Assembly (NCBI RefSeq): GCF_000148385.1
Contig: NC_014537.1
Span: 1,470,001-1,502,000, forward strand
Length of the DNA: 32,000 nucleotides
Reading direction: 5' to 3'
From: Vulcanisaeta distributa DSM 14429
Lineage (GTDB): Archaea > Thermoproteota > Thermoprotei > Thermoproteales > Thermocladiaceae
The position numbers and the translations under genes are program-made. The notes beneath the pieces were generated by a model. That model saw only the letters and a list, made by a program, of their open reading frames with translations. It had not been told where the DNA came from and searched no databases. Of the stretch, positions 15,000 through 24,087 are shown piece by piece (the first letter of the stretch is position 1; every line of letters starts with the position of its first letter).

Positions 15000-15353
15000 T
15001 TAGCCATTTAATAACTCCTTAATTCTACTAAAGATTATGCGTTTAATCTCGGCTGTACTTAGTCCCCTTCCCTCAATCACCTTCCTGCCGTTGATTATTA
15101 ATGTTGGTAAGTCAAATATGCTGTATTCCTTTAGTTCATTGATTATTGGCATGAATTCCGCAGGACCCTCACCACCAAGTAACATTCCATGTATTATGTC
15201 AAGGTAATCCCTGCTTATTTTGACTGAGATAAACCTGATAATGCCATTATTAAGCCCCAATTCATTTGCCACTTCCCCAATAATTTCCTTAATAGTCTCT
15301 AGATATTTATCATCCCTGCCCTCAATCATGTAAAGCTTAATGTTTATTATCAT
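15000..15353 (-). CDS. Hypothetical protein, possibly thioredoxin-fold-like without CxxC
   Basis: DLPTLIINGRKVIEG resembles the cis-Pro/beta strand region of thioredoxin/glutaredoxin-fold proteins. There are no cysteines, so the assignment is weak. Confidence 0.35.
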   Translation of the reverse strand: MIINIKLYMIEGRDDKYLETIKEIIGEVANELGLNNGIIRFISVKISRDYLDIIHGMLLGGEGPAEFMPIINELKEYSIFDLPTLIINGRKVIEGRGLSTAEIKRIIFSRIKELLNG

Positions 15354-15415
15354 TCAATTATTAATTAACAATCAATTACTAATAAACCCTACCCCTCATT
15401 GAAAATAGTTAACCA

Positions 15416-15838
15416 TTAACCAAACCTTACAGCCAGGTAACCACCGATGGCACCGGCGAGTACGTTGACGGCGATGAATATGCCAATCTTCGTCCTGCTC
15501 CAAAGCGGGCCTGGATATGCGTCAAATAGTAAACCCAGTATTGCCACGGCAATTATAACATAAATAACCGTCCTTTGGGCGGGCCGGAAGTAAATGTTGT
15601 AGCTCGTCATTTCCTCAGTCCTGTAGGGCCTTACGAATAGTATAAGTAGTCCGTAGAGGATTAAGATCAATACGAGGGATAACCAATAACCCTTAATCAA
15701 CGCCCATATTGGGCTGAGGACTAATGGGGTTGGGTAAAAGATATTGGCCACCGCCTCAAGTATTAATGTAACCACTGATACGAAGAAGGCATACCCAACA
15801 CCAGCCGCTGCGTTATACCTGGCTTCCCTCGTTGACAT
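15416..15838 (-). CDS. Small integral membrane protein (4 predicted TM)
   Basis: Four long hydrophobic segments are visible. I recognise no family. Confidence 0.55.
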   Translation of the reverse strand: MSTREARYNAAAGVGYAFFVSVVTLILEAVANIFYPTPLVLSPIWALIKGYWLSLVLILILYGLLILFVRPYRTEEMTSYNIYFRPAQRTVIYVIIAVAILGLLFDAYPGPLWSRTKIGIFIAVNVLAGAIGGYLAVRFG

Positions 15839-15893
15839 TAATTTTCAATTTGACAATAAACTTTATAAACCAAACTAACAATTTAATGCTGTT

Positions 15894-16796
15894 ATGTCAA
15901 TAAGGGCTCAGGTAATATCCACGATCGACGAGAAGGGAATCGACCAGATGGGCCCAGATGACTTAATAGTGAAGTATCACTCGGTCGATGTTAGGACCAG
16001 GTCAAGGCTCATTGTTTATTCCAACCAGAAGGCTGTGGTCAGGATACAGGGACAGGTGCAGGGGGTCTTCGACCCAGGTGCGCATGACCTACAAACGCCT
16101 GCAAACCCAATTTCACAATTCTTTGCCAAGTTTCAATATGCTGGTAATGTGCCTTGGGAGGTTGAGGTGCTCTTCATAAGTACGGCTAGGCATGAGGCTA
16201 GGAGTGAGGGTATTACCCAGACAAAAGAGCTCGTCCCAATGAGGTATCAAGTGGCTTATTACTTCATGATTACTGACCCAGTCAAGTTCATAAACGCGGT
16301 GCAATTTAGTGGATTTAAGTACACGGTTGAGGACTTCAAGAATTACGTATCACCAATCGTTGACCAAGCAGTCAGTCAAGTACTTAACCTGGTCTCCTTA
16401 AATGAGGTCTATGCTAACCTGCACAAGGTCACTGATGCGGTAACGGCGAGCTTAAGGTCATTCCTTGACGAGGTTGGTGTCCACCTAATCACGTGTAGAA
16501 TTGTAAGGTTAGAGCCTGAGGATGAAACTATGAGGAGGGTTGTGCAGTTCATGGCCCTTGGGCTTGACGTTAACACCGCAATCAGGGCTAGGCTCGCGGA
16601 GATAATGGCCCAGAGGAGCGATCCAGCGGCGACGAATATGATGCTTGGAGTGCCCTACTACCCAATATACATATTACCAACGGCTGGAATGCCAGGTGGC
16701 TTACCGCAATTAATGGTGCCACCAACACAACAACGCCAGCAATCGCAGCAGGGCGGCTCAAGCCAATCAAGCGACTTTGAGATTAGTGGGGGCTAA
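15894..16796 (+). CDS. SPFH/Band-7 superfamily protein (YdjI/COG4260-like) with a Q/S-rich tail
   Basis: RLIVYSNQKAVVRIQGQVQGVFDPGAHDLQTPANPI...VEVLFISTARHEARSEG...ITDPVKFINAV parallels the conserved N-terminal half of YdjI-like SPFH proteins as I recall them. The C-terminus is PPTQQRQQSQQGGSSQSS. Confidence 0.55.
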   Translation: MSIRAQVISTIDEKGIDQMGPDDLIVKYHSVDVRTRSRLIVYSNQKAVVRIQGQVQGVFDPGAHDLQTPANPISQFFAKFQYAGNVPWEVEVLFISTARHEARSEGITQTKELVPMRYQVAYYFMITDPVKFINAVQFSGFKYTVEDFKNYVSPIVDQAVSQVLNLVSLNEVYANLHKVTDAVTASLRSFLDEVGVHLITCRIVRLEPEDETMRRVVQFMALGLDVNTAIRARLAEIMAQRSDPAATNMMLGVPYYPIYILPTAGMPGGLPQLMVPPTQQRQQSQQGGSSQSSDFEISGG

Positions 16797-16805
16797 TGAT
16801 TTATT

Positions 16806-17690
16806 ATGAGCCATAATATCCTAAAAAGCTTTGGGACGTATAAGGGCTATGAAATCATCCTTGAGGAGGTCAGAATTGATAATTTACCATGTTTCATAAA
16901 CCTATCAACACTCAATCAGGGAAAGGTCCCCGAGATACTCATTGAATTAAGTCCCGGCTGTCACCACTATAACGCAATGATAAGGGTGACCAGGAAATTC
17001 ATGGAATTATTTGGCGTGGAAACAGCTAGAGTAACGGCGGTTAGGTTGGCTAGGGCGCTGGGCATTGAGGATTACGAAGCAGTCGAACGTGGAGATATTG
17101 AATTGAGGATAAGGAGGAAACCACGCAATTACCCAGAGTGGGTTAGCCAGAACATGGATTCCATAATTAATGCATTCAGTGAGATACTGGCATCACTCGG
17201 CATAATTAATCAGCCAATGATTACCCAACCCTCGGCCACTCAGTCGCAGCAGGAAATCATACAGGCACCGCAGGAGGTGCAAACGCCAATAAGTGCTTCC
17301 CATTCAGTCTCCATGAAGTCGCCAGTAACTAATGTGGTTAAAACCTATGGTAGCATTGGCGATCGAAATCTGGTATTACGATCCCTTAGTGGAAATACTT
17401 ATGTTGAACTATGTCTTGAGAGAATGGGTAGCTGTAAGCCATTAGTTACGGTAAAGGCTAAGCCACTTGAGGTAACGGTGCATGAGGATGCCGTGAAGGC
17501 CTTTGGCGAGAATAGGTCAATTGAATACGCCACGTGGATCGCCAACGCCCTCTACATCAGTAACTACGAAATAAGTGAATTGGGTAACGAAATAGTGCTT
17601 AAGTCGAGGGATGGCGTAGATGATGCATTGACAAACAATCTGATCAGGGTTATGGATATAATAGCCAGTAAGTACCTGGGCAGGGAATAA
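16806..17690 (+). CDS. Hypothetical protein with two homologous halves joined by a Q-rich linker
   Basis: It lies 9 nt downstream of the SPFH gene. The N half (KSFGTYKGY...ELFGVETARV...ALGIEDYEAVERGDIELRIRRK) aligns by eye with the C half (KTYGSIGDR...KAFGENRSIE...ALYISNYEISELGNEIVLKSR). The linker is QPSATQSQQEIIQAPQEVQ. Confidence 0.55.
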   Translation: MSHNILKSFGTYKGYEIILEEVRIDNLPCFINLSTLNQGKVPEILIELSPGCHHYNAMIRVTRKFMELFGVETARVTAVRLARALGIEDYEAVERGDIELRIRRKPRNYPEWVSQNMDSIINAFSEILASLGIINQPMITQPSATQSQQEIIQAPQEVQTPISASHSVSMKSPVTNVVKTYGSIGDRNLVLRSLSGNTYVELCLERMGSCKPLVTVKAKPLEVTVHEDAVKAFGENRSIEYATWIANALYISNYEISELGNEIVLKSRDGVDDALTNNLIRVMDIIASKYLGRE

Positions 17691-17701
17691 TTAAACAATC
17701 A

Positions 17702-18190
17702 TTACTGAGTCTCCCTGGCCTGTTTAATTAATTCCTTGGCCCTGGCTATGAACTTAGCAAGCACTTGCCTAGCAGCTTCATCGCTCGGTAGCTTACTGAC
17801 AATACCAGTTGGGTCTGGCCCATTGTATTGATACTCATGTATCACCAGGGCTAGTGATGTTAATTCCACAATATCGGCATTTTTCTCAGCCAACTTGCTT
17901 GCAATCTCCATGAGCATGTTCGTAGGCATAATGGCCAGGATCCAATCATTCCTTGAAACTTTAACGCTACGGCTAACCCTCTTATAGCCCGTGAAATTAA
18001 ACAAATGCCTACTCTTAATGGCTAAGTACGATAGGTAAGACTTCCATGCCTGGAATGCCTTACCAGCGGCGTTTCTAAGCAATCCATCGTTGAGGAATTT
18101 CTCGGCTAGCTCAAGCTCTACTTGAGCCTCCATAAGCCTTGACTTACCTATCTCATCTAAGTTTAGCTTAATTTCGATCATTTTTACCAC
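17702..18190 (-). CDS. PaREP1-family protein
   Basis: AEKFLNDGLLRNAAGKAFQAWKSYLSYLA and a later HEYQY segment fit the PaREP1 helical pattern known from Thermoproteales. Confidence 0.55.
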   Translation of the reverse strand: MVKMIEIKLNLDEIGKSRLMEAQVELELAEKFLNDGLLRNAAGKAFQAWKSYLSYLAIKSRHLFNFTGYKRVSRSVKVSRNDWILAIMPTNMLMEIASKLAEKNADIVELTSLALVIHEYQYNGPDPTGIVSKLPSDEAARQVLAKFIARAKELIKQARETQ

Positions 18191-18272
18191 ATTAAATAAT
18201 TAGGAGCCTTTAAAGTGCTTTTAGTTCGCCATTACCCTGCGAAAATCTTAAGTAAACATTGTCAAATAACGT

Positions 18273-19061
18273 ATGTTGCTAATGAAGTTAAGCATTAATG
18301 ATTTGGTTGTTGGTTATGGAGATAAGGTTATCATTAATGGATTAACCGTGGAATTCGATGAAGGTAGGACCGTAATCTTAGGCCCTAATGGCTCGGGCAA
18401 GACAACATTATTGAGGGCTATTGCTGGGGTGATAAAGCCGTTGAGGGGCATTATAGTGCTTGATGATAGACCACTGCGTGGGGGTGACGTGGGTTATGTC
18501 AGTCATGCCGGTGGGCTTGATCCTAACATGACCGTGCGTGAAAATCTAGAGTTCTATGCCGAGGTTAAGAACGCCAGTAACTTAGACGAGGTAGTTGATA
18601 GACTTAGGATTAGGAATCTAATGAATACTAAGGTGGGTCTCCTGAGTAATGGTCAGAGGAGGATGGTTGAGATCGCTATCGCCATGTTGGGTAGTCCCAA
18701 GGTTTATGCACTTGATGAACCAACTGACGGGCTTGACGTGAATTTTGCCAGTAGAGTTAAGGATATTGTGAGAAGACTGCACGGCATTGTTATATACACA
18801 ACACATATGCTATCCGAGGCTTTAGAACTCGCTGATTACCTAGTCATCATTAGAAAGGGAAGGATTGCCTTTCATGGAGACATGACTAAGCTTGGTGGTG
18901 CCATGAGGATAGTCGCTAAGAGGGGGCGTGAGACCAGGATTATTGAGACTGATTTGAGCGAGTTATCCCGTGTTATTGATGAACTGAGGTCTGAGGGATT
19001 TAATGTACTTGAGGTCAGGAACTCAGTGATTGATGAGTTACTGGGTGGTGTGGATGATTAG
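18273..19061 (+). CDS. ABC transporter ATP-binding protein
   Basis: Walker A is GPNGSGKTT, the signature is LSNGQRRM, Walker B is VYALDEPT, and an H-loop TTH is present. Confidence 0.9.
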   Translation: MLLMKLSINDLVVGYGDKVIINGLTVEFDEGRTVILGPNGSGKTTLLRAIAGVIKPLRGIIVLDDRPLRGGDVGYVSHAGGLDPNMTVRENLEFYAEVKNASNLDEVVDRLRIRNLMNTKVGLLSNGQRRMVEIAIAMLGSPKVYALDEPTDGLDVNFASRVKDIVRRLHGIVIYTTHMLSEALELADYLVIIRKGRIAFHGDMTKLGGAMRIVAKRGRETRIIETDLSELSRVIDELRSEGFNVLEVRNSVIDELLGGVDD

Positions 19062-19851
19062 GGCTTATCTCAGGAGGGCGTGGAGGGTTGGCAGGACCTA
19101 TTACCTTGTGACGCTGATAACCCTATTGGCGGTTATGGTATTCGTGATTGCGCAATTCGTCTTTATAATAATCACGGTTAACCCCGAGAACATTCATGGC
19201 GTTAAAATGCCTATTGAGGAGGCCGTGGCATTTACGAGGGTCCTCATGCTAATCATATTGATCGGCATGACTTCACTGATGGTATCCTTACTATCCGCCA
19301 CCATCGTGCTTGGCACAATACAGGCGGACATACAGAATGGAGTTTTCGAGGTGCTATTCGGTAATGGCGTGAGCGATAGGGACCTCATTAAGGCGCTTTA
19401 TATCGTTGGGTTATCATCATTTGTCGTGTTTTACTTATTGGCTGAGGCCTTAATGATAATTCCACTCTACATTGTAATCCCAAAGATCCTAAGCACCCTA
19501 ATGGTGGCCACCCTACTGGCTCCATTCGGCGTTGGGTTGTTTACCACGGGGCTTAGTGTGCTCATTGGGCTTTCAAAACCAAAGTACTTTAAGATCTCCA
19601 CGGGCATTGGGTCGACAAAGAATTTAGCCTTTACCATGGTATCGCTCCCTGGTCTCATAATCCTATTCTCAATAATGATACCTATAATTACGACAGCGAC
19701 CAGTGCAACTTCATACCCAGCAGCGCTACTGCGTGTATTGAATGTGGAGTTGATTATCGTATCGATCGTGATGGCGGTGTTGTCAGTAATTATTGCATTT
19801 AAGACTCCGGTTAATAGGGTTGGGTTGATAATGAGGGGTGAGGAGCCCTAG
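19054..19851 (+). CDS. ABC-2-type transporter permease
   Basis: The protein has six or more hydrophobic spans. ATG 19054 overlaps the ATPase stop by 8 nt. The longer track start at 19030 is also possible. Confidence 0.65.
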   Translation: MIRAYLRRAWRVGRTYYLVTLITLLAVMVFVIAQFVFIIITVNPENIHGVKMPIEEAVAFTRVLMLIILIGMTSLMVSLLSATIVLGTIQADIQNGVFEVLFGNGVSDRDLIKALYIVGLSSFVVFYLLAEALMIIPLYIVIPKILSTLMVATLLAPFGVGLFTTGLSVLIGLSKPKYFKISTGIGSTKNLAFTMVSLPGLIILFSIMIPIITTATSATSYPAALLRVLNVELIIVSIVMAVLSVIIAFKTPVNRVGLIMRGEEP

Positions 19852-20529
19852 TCACAACTTGATGATTAAGTAGTTAATGCCTAGGTAGGCTAGGAAGAAG
19901 GGTATTAGTACTAAATCCGTTAGGTCAAGCCCAGCCGCCTCAATGGCCCATAGGGTACCCAGGCTGAATAGTAGGGCTGAAAGCACGTACTTCAGGTGCG
20001 GCAGTCTTATCCTGGCTATTTGGTCCTTAATCACTGCCGTGAGGATAACCACTATGGCTGCTGCGAGAAGCGTGCCTATGAGGGTTGATGAGTAGCTCCT
20101 TGGTATTAAGGCAATGAGGACTAGGGCAGCCTCAAAGGCCTCTATGGCTGATACCGTGAATACCACGGCCAAGTCCCCACGCTCCTCCTCACCACCCTTA
20201 CCCCTACCAGTCCTCTTGAAGTACCTACGCGCACTCCTGAGCAGTCTATAACCGAAGTAAAACAGTATTACCGATGATACCGCCAATACATAATCGAGGG
20301 GTAGGTAAATGATGTACCGACCAACGGTGAACGTGGGTATTAAGACCAGGAGCACGCCAGCAATAGCATATAGCACTGGCTTAAAGCCTCTGTAAATTCC
20401 CTGGTAAATAGCCGTGACTGCGCCGGCCTCCGAAAGCTCAAGCAGGCTTATACCGAATGCCGCGAAGAATATCCCAAAGTCCACGTAGGCACTAACAATC
20501 ACGCCTGGTTTTAAGTATTTCTCATACAC
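19852..20529 (-). CDS. Integral membrane protein with a two-fold internal repeat (possible cation transporter)
   Basis: There are about 6 TM spans. Acidic intramembrane motifs LLELSEAGAV and SAIEAFEAALV sit in the two halves, separated by a basic loop RRYFKRTGRGKGGEEERGD. The function is tentative. Confidence 0.55.
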   Translation of the reverse strand: MYEKYLKPGVIVSAYVDFGIFFAAFGISLLELSEAGAVTAIYQGIYRGFKPVLYAIAGVLLVLIPTFTVGRYIIYLPLDYVLAVSSVILFYFGYRLLRSARRYFKRTGRGKGGEEERGDLAVVFTVSAIEAFEAALVLIALIPRSYSSTLIGTLLAAAIVVILTAVIKDQIARIRLPHLKYVLSALLFSLGTLWAIEAAGLDLTDLVLIPFFLAYLGINYLIIKL

Positions 20530-20579
20530 TTACAATTAACGCAAAGCTATATAACTCACCTAAACGTATTATAAGTATA

Positions 20580-21095
20580 ATGACGGAAGAAGTAGTGATA
20601 CCAAGCATAATCGTTGAGGAACTAAAGAAGAAGGGACTTAACCCCGAAGATGCTATACTCAACGCGTTAATGAAAGTAATTAACCTGGACCCAAGCACCA
20701 TGATGGAGGCGAGGATGGAACTCGCAATTAAATATCTAAATGAAGGCAGGGAATTAATAGATAGGGACCCCGTGCAGGCCAGCGAGAAGCTCTATAAGGC
20801 GGCTGAGGAAAGCGTAAAGGCGTTGGCCCAGTATTACGATTTAAAGAATATACCAAGTAAAGTGAGTGAAGGGGGTAGGTGGACCGTGACTGAACTTGAG
20901 AAGGTTGTTGAAACGGTAAGCGAAAAGCTCGGTGATTGGCTTGTGCGGTCATGGGACGTGGCAAATTACCTACATGTATGGGGTTTTCACGAGGCAAAGT
21001 TAGACCCTGAAGCCGTAAGAATTAGGTATCCGTATATTGAGAGGATTGTGAATGAGATTAATAGGATTATAAAAACGAGGCTTGAACAAACATAA
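20580..21095 (+). CDS. PaREP1-family protein
   Basis: AIKYLNEGRELIDRDPVQASEKLYKAAEESVKALA, GRWTV and WDVANYLHVWGFHEAKL match hallmark PaREP1 motifs (QASEKLYKA and LHV.GFHE) as I recall them. Confidence 0.75.
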   Translation: MTEEVVIPSIIVEELKKKGLNPEDAILNALMKVINLDPSTMMEARMELAIKYLNEGRELIDRDPVQASEKLYKAAEESVKALAQYYDLKNIPSKVSEGGRWTVTELEKVVETVSEKLGDWLVRSWDVANYLHVWGFHEAKLDPEAVRIRYPYIERIVNEINRIIKTRLEQT

Positions 21096-21139
21096 CCAGT
21101 TGGGAAAGGCGTATAAGCTAAGGCATTTATAGCATCATC

Positions 21140-21514
21140 ATGACGAATTATAAAGTTATCAGTGATATTACGAAGGTACGTGAGGAACCATTGAGTATCA
21201 AGGGTGCCGTGGGCGTATACACCCAGTGGCTCGTGAGTAGGGACGACGGCTCCAAGTACGCCGTGAGAAGGCAAGTGGTTAAGCCCGGTGGTAAAGCGCC
21301 ACTACATAGACATGCCTATGCGGAGACCTTCATAGTACTTAGGGGTGTTGGGAGGATGACCGTGGAAGACGAAACTATTGACGTAAAGCCCGGCATGTGC
21401 ATATTCGTAAAACCAAACACACCCCATTCAATAACAAATACTAGCAATGAAGACCTGGAGTTGATAACAATAATATCCTATGAGGAGGACATGAGCATAA
21501 ACGTCCTCGAGTAG
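21140..21514 (+). CDS. Cupin-domain protein
   Basis: GGKAPLHRHAYAETFIVLRG...VKPGMCIFVKPNTPHSITN gives cupin motifs 1 and 2 (H.H...E and P...H). Confidence 0.8.
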   Translation: MTNYKVISDITKVREEPLSIKGAVGVYTQWLVSRDDGSKYAVRRQVVKPGGKAPLHRHAYAETFIVLRGVGRMTVEDETIDVKPGMCIFVKPNTPHSITNTSNEDLELITIISYEEDMSINVLE

Positions 21515-21618
21515 TGCATTGAGTATGAAACTTAGATTAGGTATTTACGGCTTGGATTTACTAATTATTGGAAATTGAACAGATACATTTAAATATTTTA
21601 TTTACTTTCAATTTAATA

Positions 21619-22200
21619 ATGAGTGAGCCGATACTAAGAGTTAAACCGATATCCTATGGGAGGAGGAATTACCTACGATACATCCCAGCCATAATCGTAA
21701 TAGCCCTTGTTTGGTTCGTAGGCATTGTATTAGCAATACAGTATAAACTGCCAAATTGGGAGTACGCCCTACTCAACCTATTCTTCGCTTTAATTACGGC
21801 ATATGTCATATGGGCGATGATACGATCAGCGAGGGAGAGTAGGCTCTATAGGTCTATTAGAGACTTTGCGTTGTATAGGGATTATGCGTGGTTCATAACA
21901 GTGGGTGGTGAGGAGATTACAATACCCATTAGTGACTTCAACCCATGCGTTATTGACTACGCACCGCCAGTGAGAAATCTTAACATGCCACAGTATGGTG
22001 GAGGTTACTACCCAGGCTGGGTTGAGTTACTCATTAATTATAATGATGCTGGTTATACGATACTCCTTAGTACTGACCAGTGCAGGCAGTTAAATCAAGT
22101 CCTAATGACGGACTTCGGCAAGTCGAGGATTGATTGGTGTGGGGAGAAGGAGAAGAAGGCTGGCCCCGTAGTGCTAACGAGACCGAAATTGGCATGTTAG
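21619..22200 (+). CDS. Membrane protein (2 TM + soluble domain), paralog A
   Basis: I set the start at ATG 21619, about 27 nt downstream of the TATA-like ACATTTAAATATTTTA. Two TM spans are followed by IRDFALYRDYAWFITVGGEEITIPISD. Confidence 0.6.
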   Translation: MSEPILRVKPISYGRRNYLRYIPAIIVIALVWFVGIVLAIQYKLPNWEYALLNLFFALITAYVIWAMIRSARESRLYRSIRDFALYRDYAWFITVGGEEITIPISDFNPCVIDYAPPVRNLNMPQYGGGYYPGWVELLINYNDAGYTILLSTDQCRQLNQVLMTDFGKSRIDWCGEKEKKAGPVVLTRPKLAC

Positions 22201-22937
22201 GGGTTGGTAGTATGAGCAATGTGATTATTACGCCTCGTCGTAGGAATCCGGTCATTACATTCATTATTGGACTTATAGTAGCTTTAGTTGGCCTCATACT
22301 GTACCGATTAAGAGGCGACCCCCTATACCTAGTCTTCGAGATACCTGGCGTTATCAGCATGGCATCTGCTGTTGCAATCTACGTTTCAGACAGGCGTAAG
22401 AGGGCTTGGTTAGAGGAGAGTGGAGCCTTATGGGGTTATAAGGGAGCCATTGTGCCGAGTCCAAAGGCTCCCCTTACTCGCCTCGCTGTTACTAATTCCC
22501 TATTCGGCTTCGTCCTCTTGGCTATTGCTTGGGAAATGATTGTGAATCCGCATGCCTGGCTAAACCTATTAGTTTCCTTCCTAGTCTTTGCCAGTATCCT
22601 AGTCCCGATAGACGCAATCCTAGTGAGGGGGTACGTATCAGTGAGGAGGGGTATAAGGACTGGTATAAGGGATATACTCCTATATGGTGATTACATTCGT
22701 ATTAGGACGGGTACTAACGAAATCATCGATATTCCCATTAACGATGCTGTGATTTGCATTGCCGACTTCGGCTGGCGTGATATTATGGGGAATGTGCTTG
22801 ATACGCTAAGGATTAGGTTCGCAGGCACCACCTACACCCTCACTGTGCCAGCTGGCATTGGGCGGGAGTTTATTAATGCCCTAGGGAGTATTGGAATTAA
22901 CGAGGTTCATACATGTAATTACCTAGGCATTAAATGA
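22194..22937 (+). CDS. Membrane protein (4 TM + soluble domain), paralog B
   Basis: ATG 22194 overlaps the upstream stop (ATGTTAG). The C-terminal IRDILLYGDYIRIRTGTNEIIDIPIND matches the module of the upstream gene. Confidence 0.6.
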   Translation: MLGVGSMSNVIITPRRRNPVITFIIGLIVALVGLILYRLRGDPLYLVFEIPGVISMASAVAIYVSDRRKRAWLEESGALWGYKGAIVPSPKAPLTRLAVTNSLFGFVLLAIAWEMIVNPHAWLNLLVSFLVFASILVPIDAILVRGYVSVRRGIRTGIRDILLYGDYIRIRTGTNEIIDIPINDAVICIADFGWRDIMGNVLDTLRIRFAGTTYTLTVPAGIGREFINALGSIGINEVHTCNYLGIK

Positions 22938-23286
22938 TCCTGTAGATATCGATGAATTTACTATACCATTCACTGTATGTCTCCCTACTAATCACGTGGA
23001 ACTCAAATACCAGAAGTGCGTCATCGCCAACCTCCTTAATGATACTCATGACCAATTCCACGTACTTATGTGGGTCATCACCATACACATCAGATATTAT
23101 CAGAACATCAACGTCGCTATCAGGTCTGAAGTTTCCACGTACATAACTACCAATGAGCATCAACTCTGCATTGGGGTCAAGCCTGAGCACCACGTCTTTA
23201 ATCCGGCTAAGGTAATAATCAATGTTGTTGAGAATCCTGTCCCTAATCCTCTTAACATCGAGTAGCAAATCTACGAGAGTAGGCAT
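22930..23286 (-). CDS. Minimal nucleotidyltransferase (MNT)
   Basis: LIGSYVRGNFRPDSDVDVLIISD is the nucleotidyltransferase signature. It overlaps the upstream HEPN gene by 16 nt. Confidence 0.85.
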   Translation of the reverse strand: MPTLVDLLLDVKRIRDRILNNIDYYLSRIKDVVLRLDPNAELMLIGSYVRGNFRPDSDVDVLIISDVYGDDPHKYVELVMSIIKEVGDDALLVFEFHVISRETYSEWYSKFIDIYRII

Positions 23287-23657
23287 TTAACCACCTCATT
23301 AAACTCATTAGCTATGTTCAGCGCCTTCTCAGCATCATTTCTATTAAACCTGGGCGGCATATAACGACTTGCTATATACGCAAACTCCAATAACAGAATT
23401 ACTTCCCTATTCCTAGTGTAGAAGTCATTTAAATGGCACTTATCATTTAGTACTTTCATTAACTCCATGAAGAGTTGGGTTAATCTATGGGTACGTGGAT
23501 AATCACCAACAAGGTTATACAATAGTGACTTAAGTTTTAACTGCATAAATTGCTCCACATTAAACATTACCAAGTCATAATACCCACGTCCATACGCAAA
23601 CCTAGCCTGTTCCAAAAACTCCTCAGCCCTTTGACTTAAGAAACTCATTACCTCCAA
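23271..23657 (-). CDS. HEPN domain protein
   Basis: The supporting segments are AEEFLEQARFAYGRGYYDLVMFNVEQFMQLKLKSLL, PRTHRLTQLF and YIASRYMPP. Confidence 0.8.
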   Translation of the reverse strand: MEVMSFLSQRAEEFLEQARFAYGRGYYDLVMFNVEQFMQLKLKSLLYNLVGDYPRTHRLTQLFMELMKVLNDKCHLNDFYTRNREVILLLEFAYIASRYMPPRFNRNDAEKALNIANEFNEVVKCLLS

Positions 23658-23673
23658 TTACTCAGTATAACGC

Positions 23674-24087
23674 TTATTTAATTATGCCCTTTGGAAACCA
23701 ACCACTTTTAGTCCTAACTAAGCCCCTCTCTTCAATGTATCTCCTCACCCTATCCTTAACGTCATCAAAAACCCTTGAATCACCGCAAAGTACCTTACCA
23801 TCAGTTACTGCATCGAGTATTACCATAGAACTCTCAAGGACCTCTCTCAATCTGCTCAACGGCAACCAAACCACCTGCCCAATATCCCTCACTTCAATCC
23901 TATACTCACCGGTGGGTATAATGGCCATTAAATCCCAATCACTTAACGGTGTATTATCACCCCTCGCCCTGGAGCCAAATAGGACGACAACCAGGGACTT
24001 ACGGCATAACTCATTAAGTAGTTCCATAAACCTAGCCTCCCTCCACCTAGTAACCTCATTGAGTGCCTCCAACCACCTGCTGTACAT
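23674..24087 (-). CDS. Minimal nucleotidyltransferase (MNT)
   Basis: VVLFGSRARGDNTPLSDWDLMAIIP is the nucleotidyltransferase signature. I chose the start at the internal ATG (MYSRWLEAL), which gives a 32-nt overlap with the HEPN gene. The track ORF extends to 24192. Confidence 0.8.
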   Translation of the reverse strand: MYSRWLEALNEVTRWREARFMELLNELCRKSLVVVLFGSRARGDNTPLSDWDLMAIIPTGEYRIEVRDIGQVVWLPLSRLREVLESSMVILDAVTDGKVLCGDSRVFDDVKDRVRRYIEERGLVRTKSGWFPKGIIK

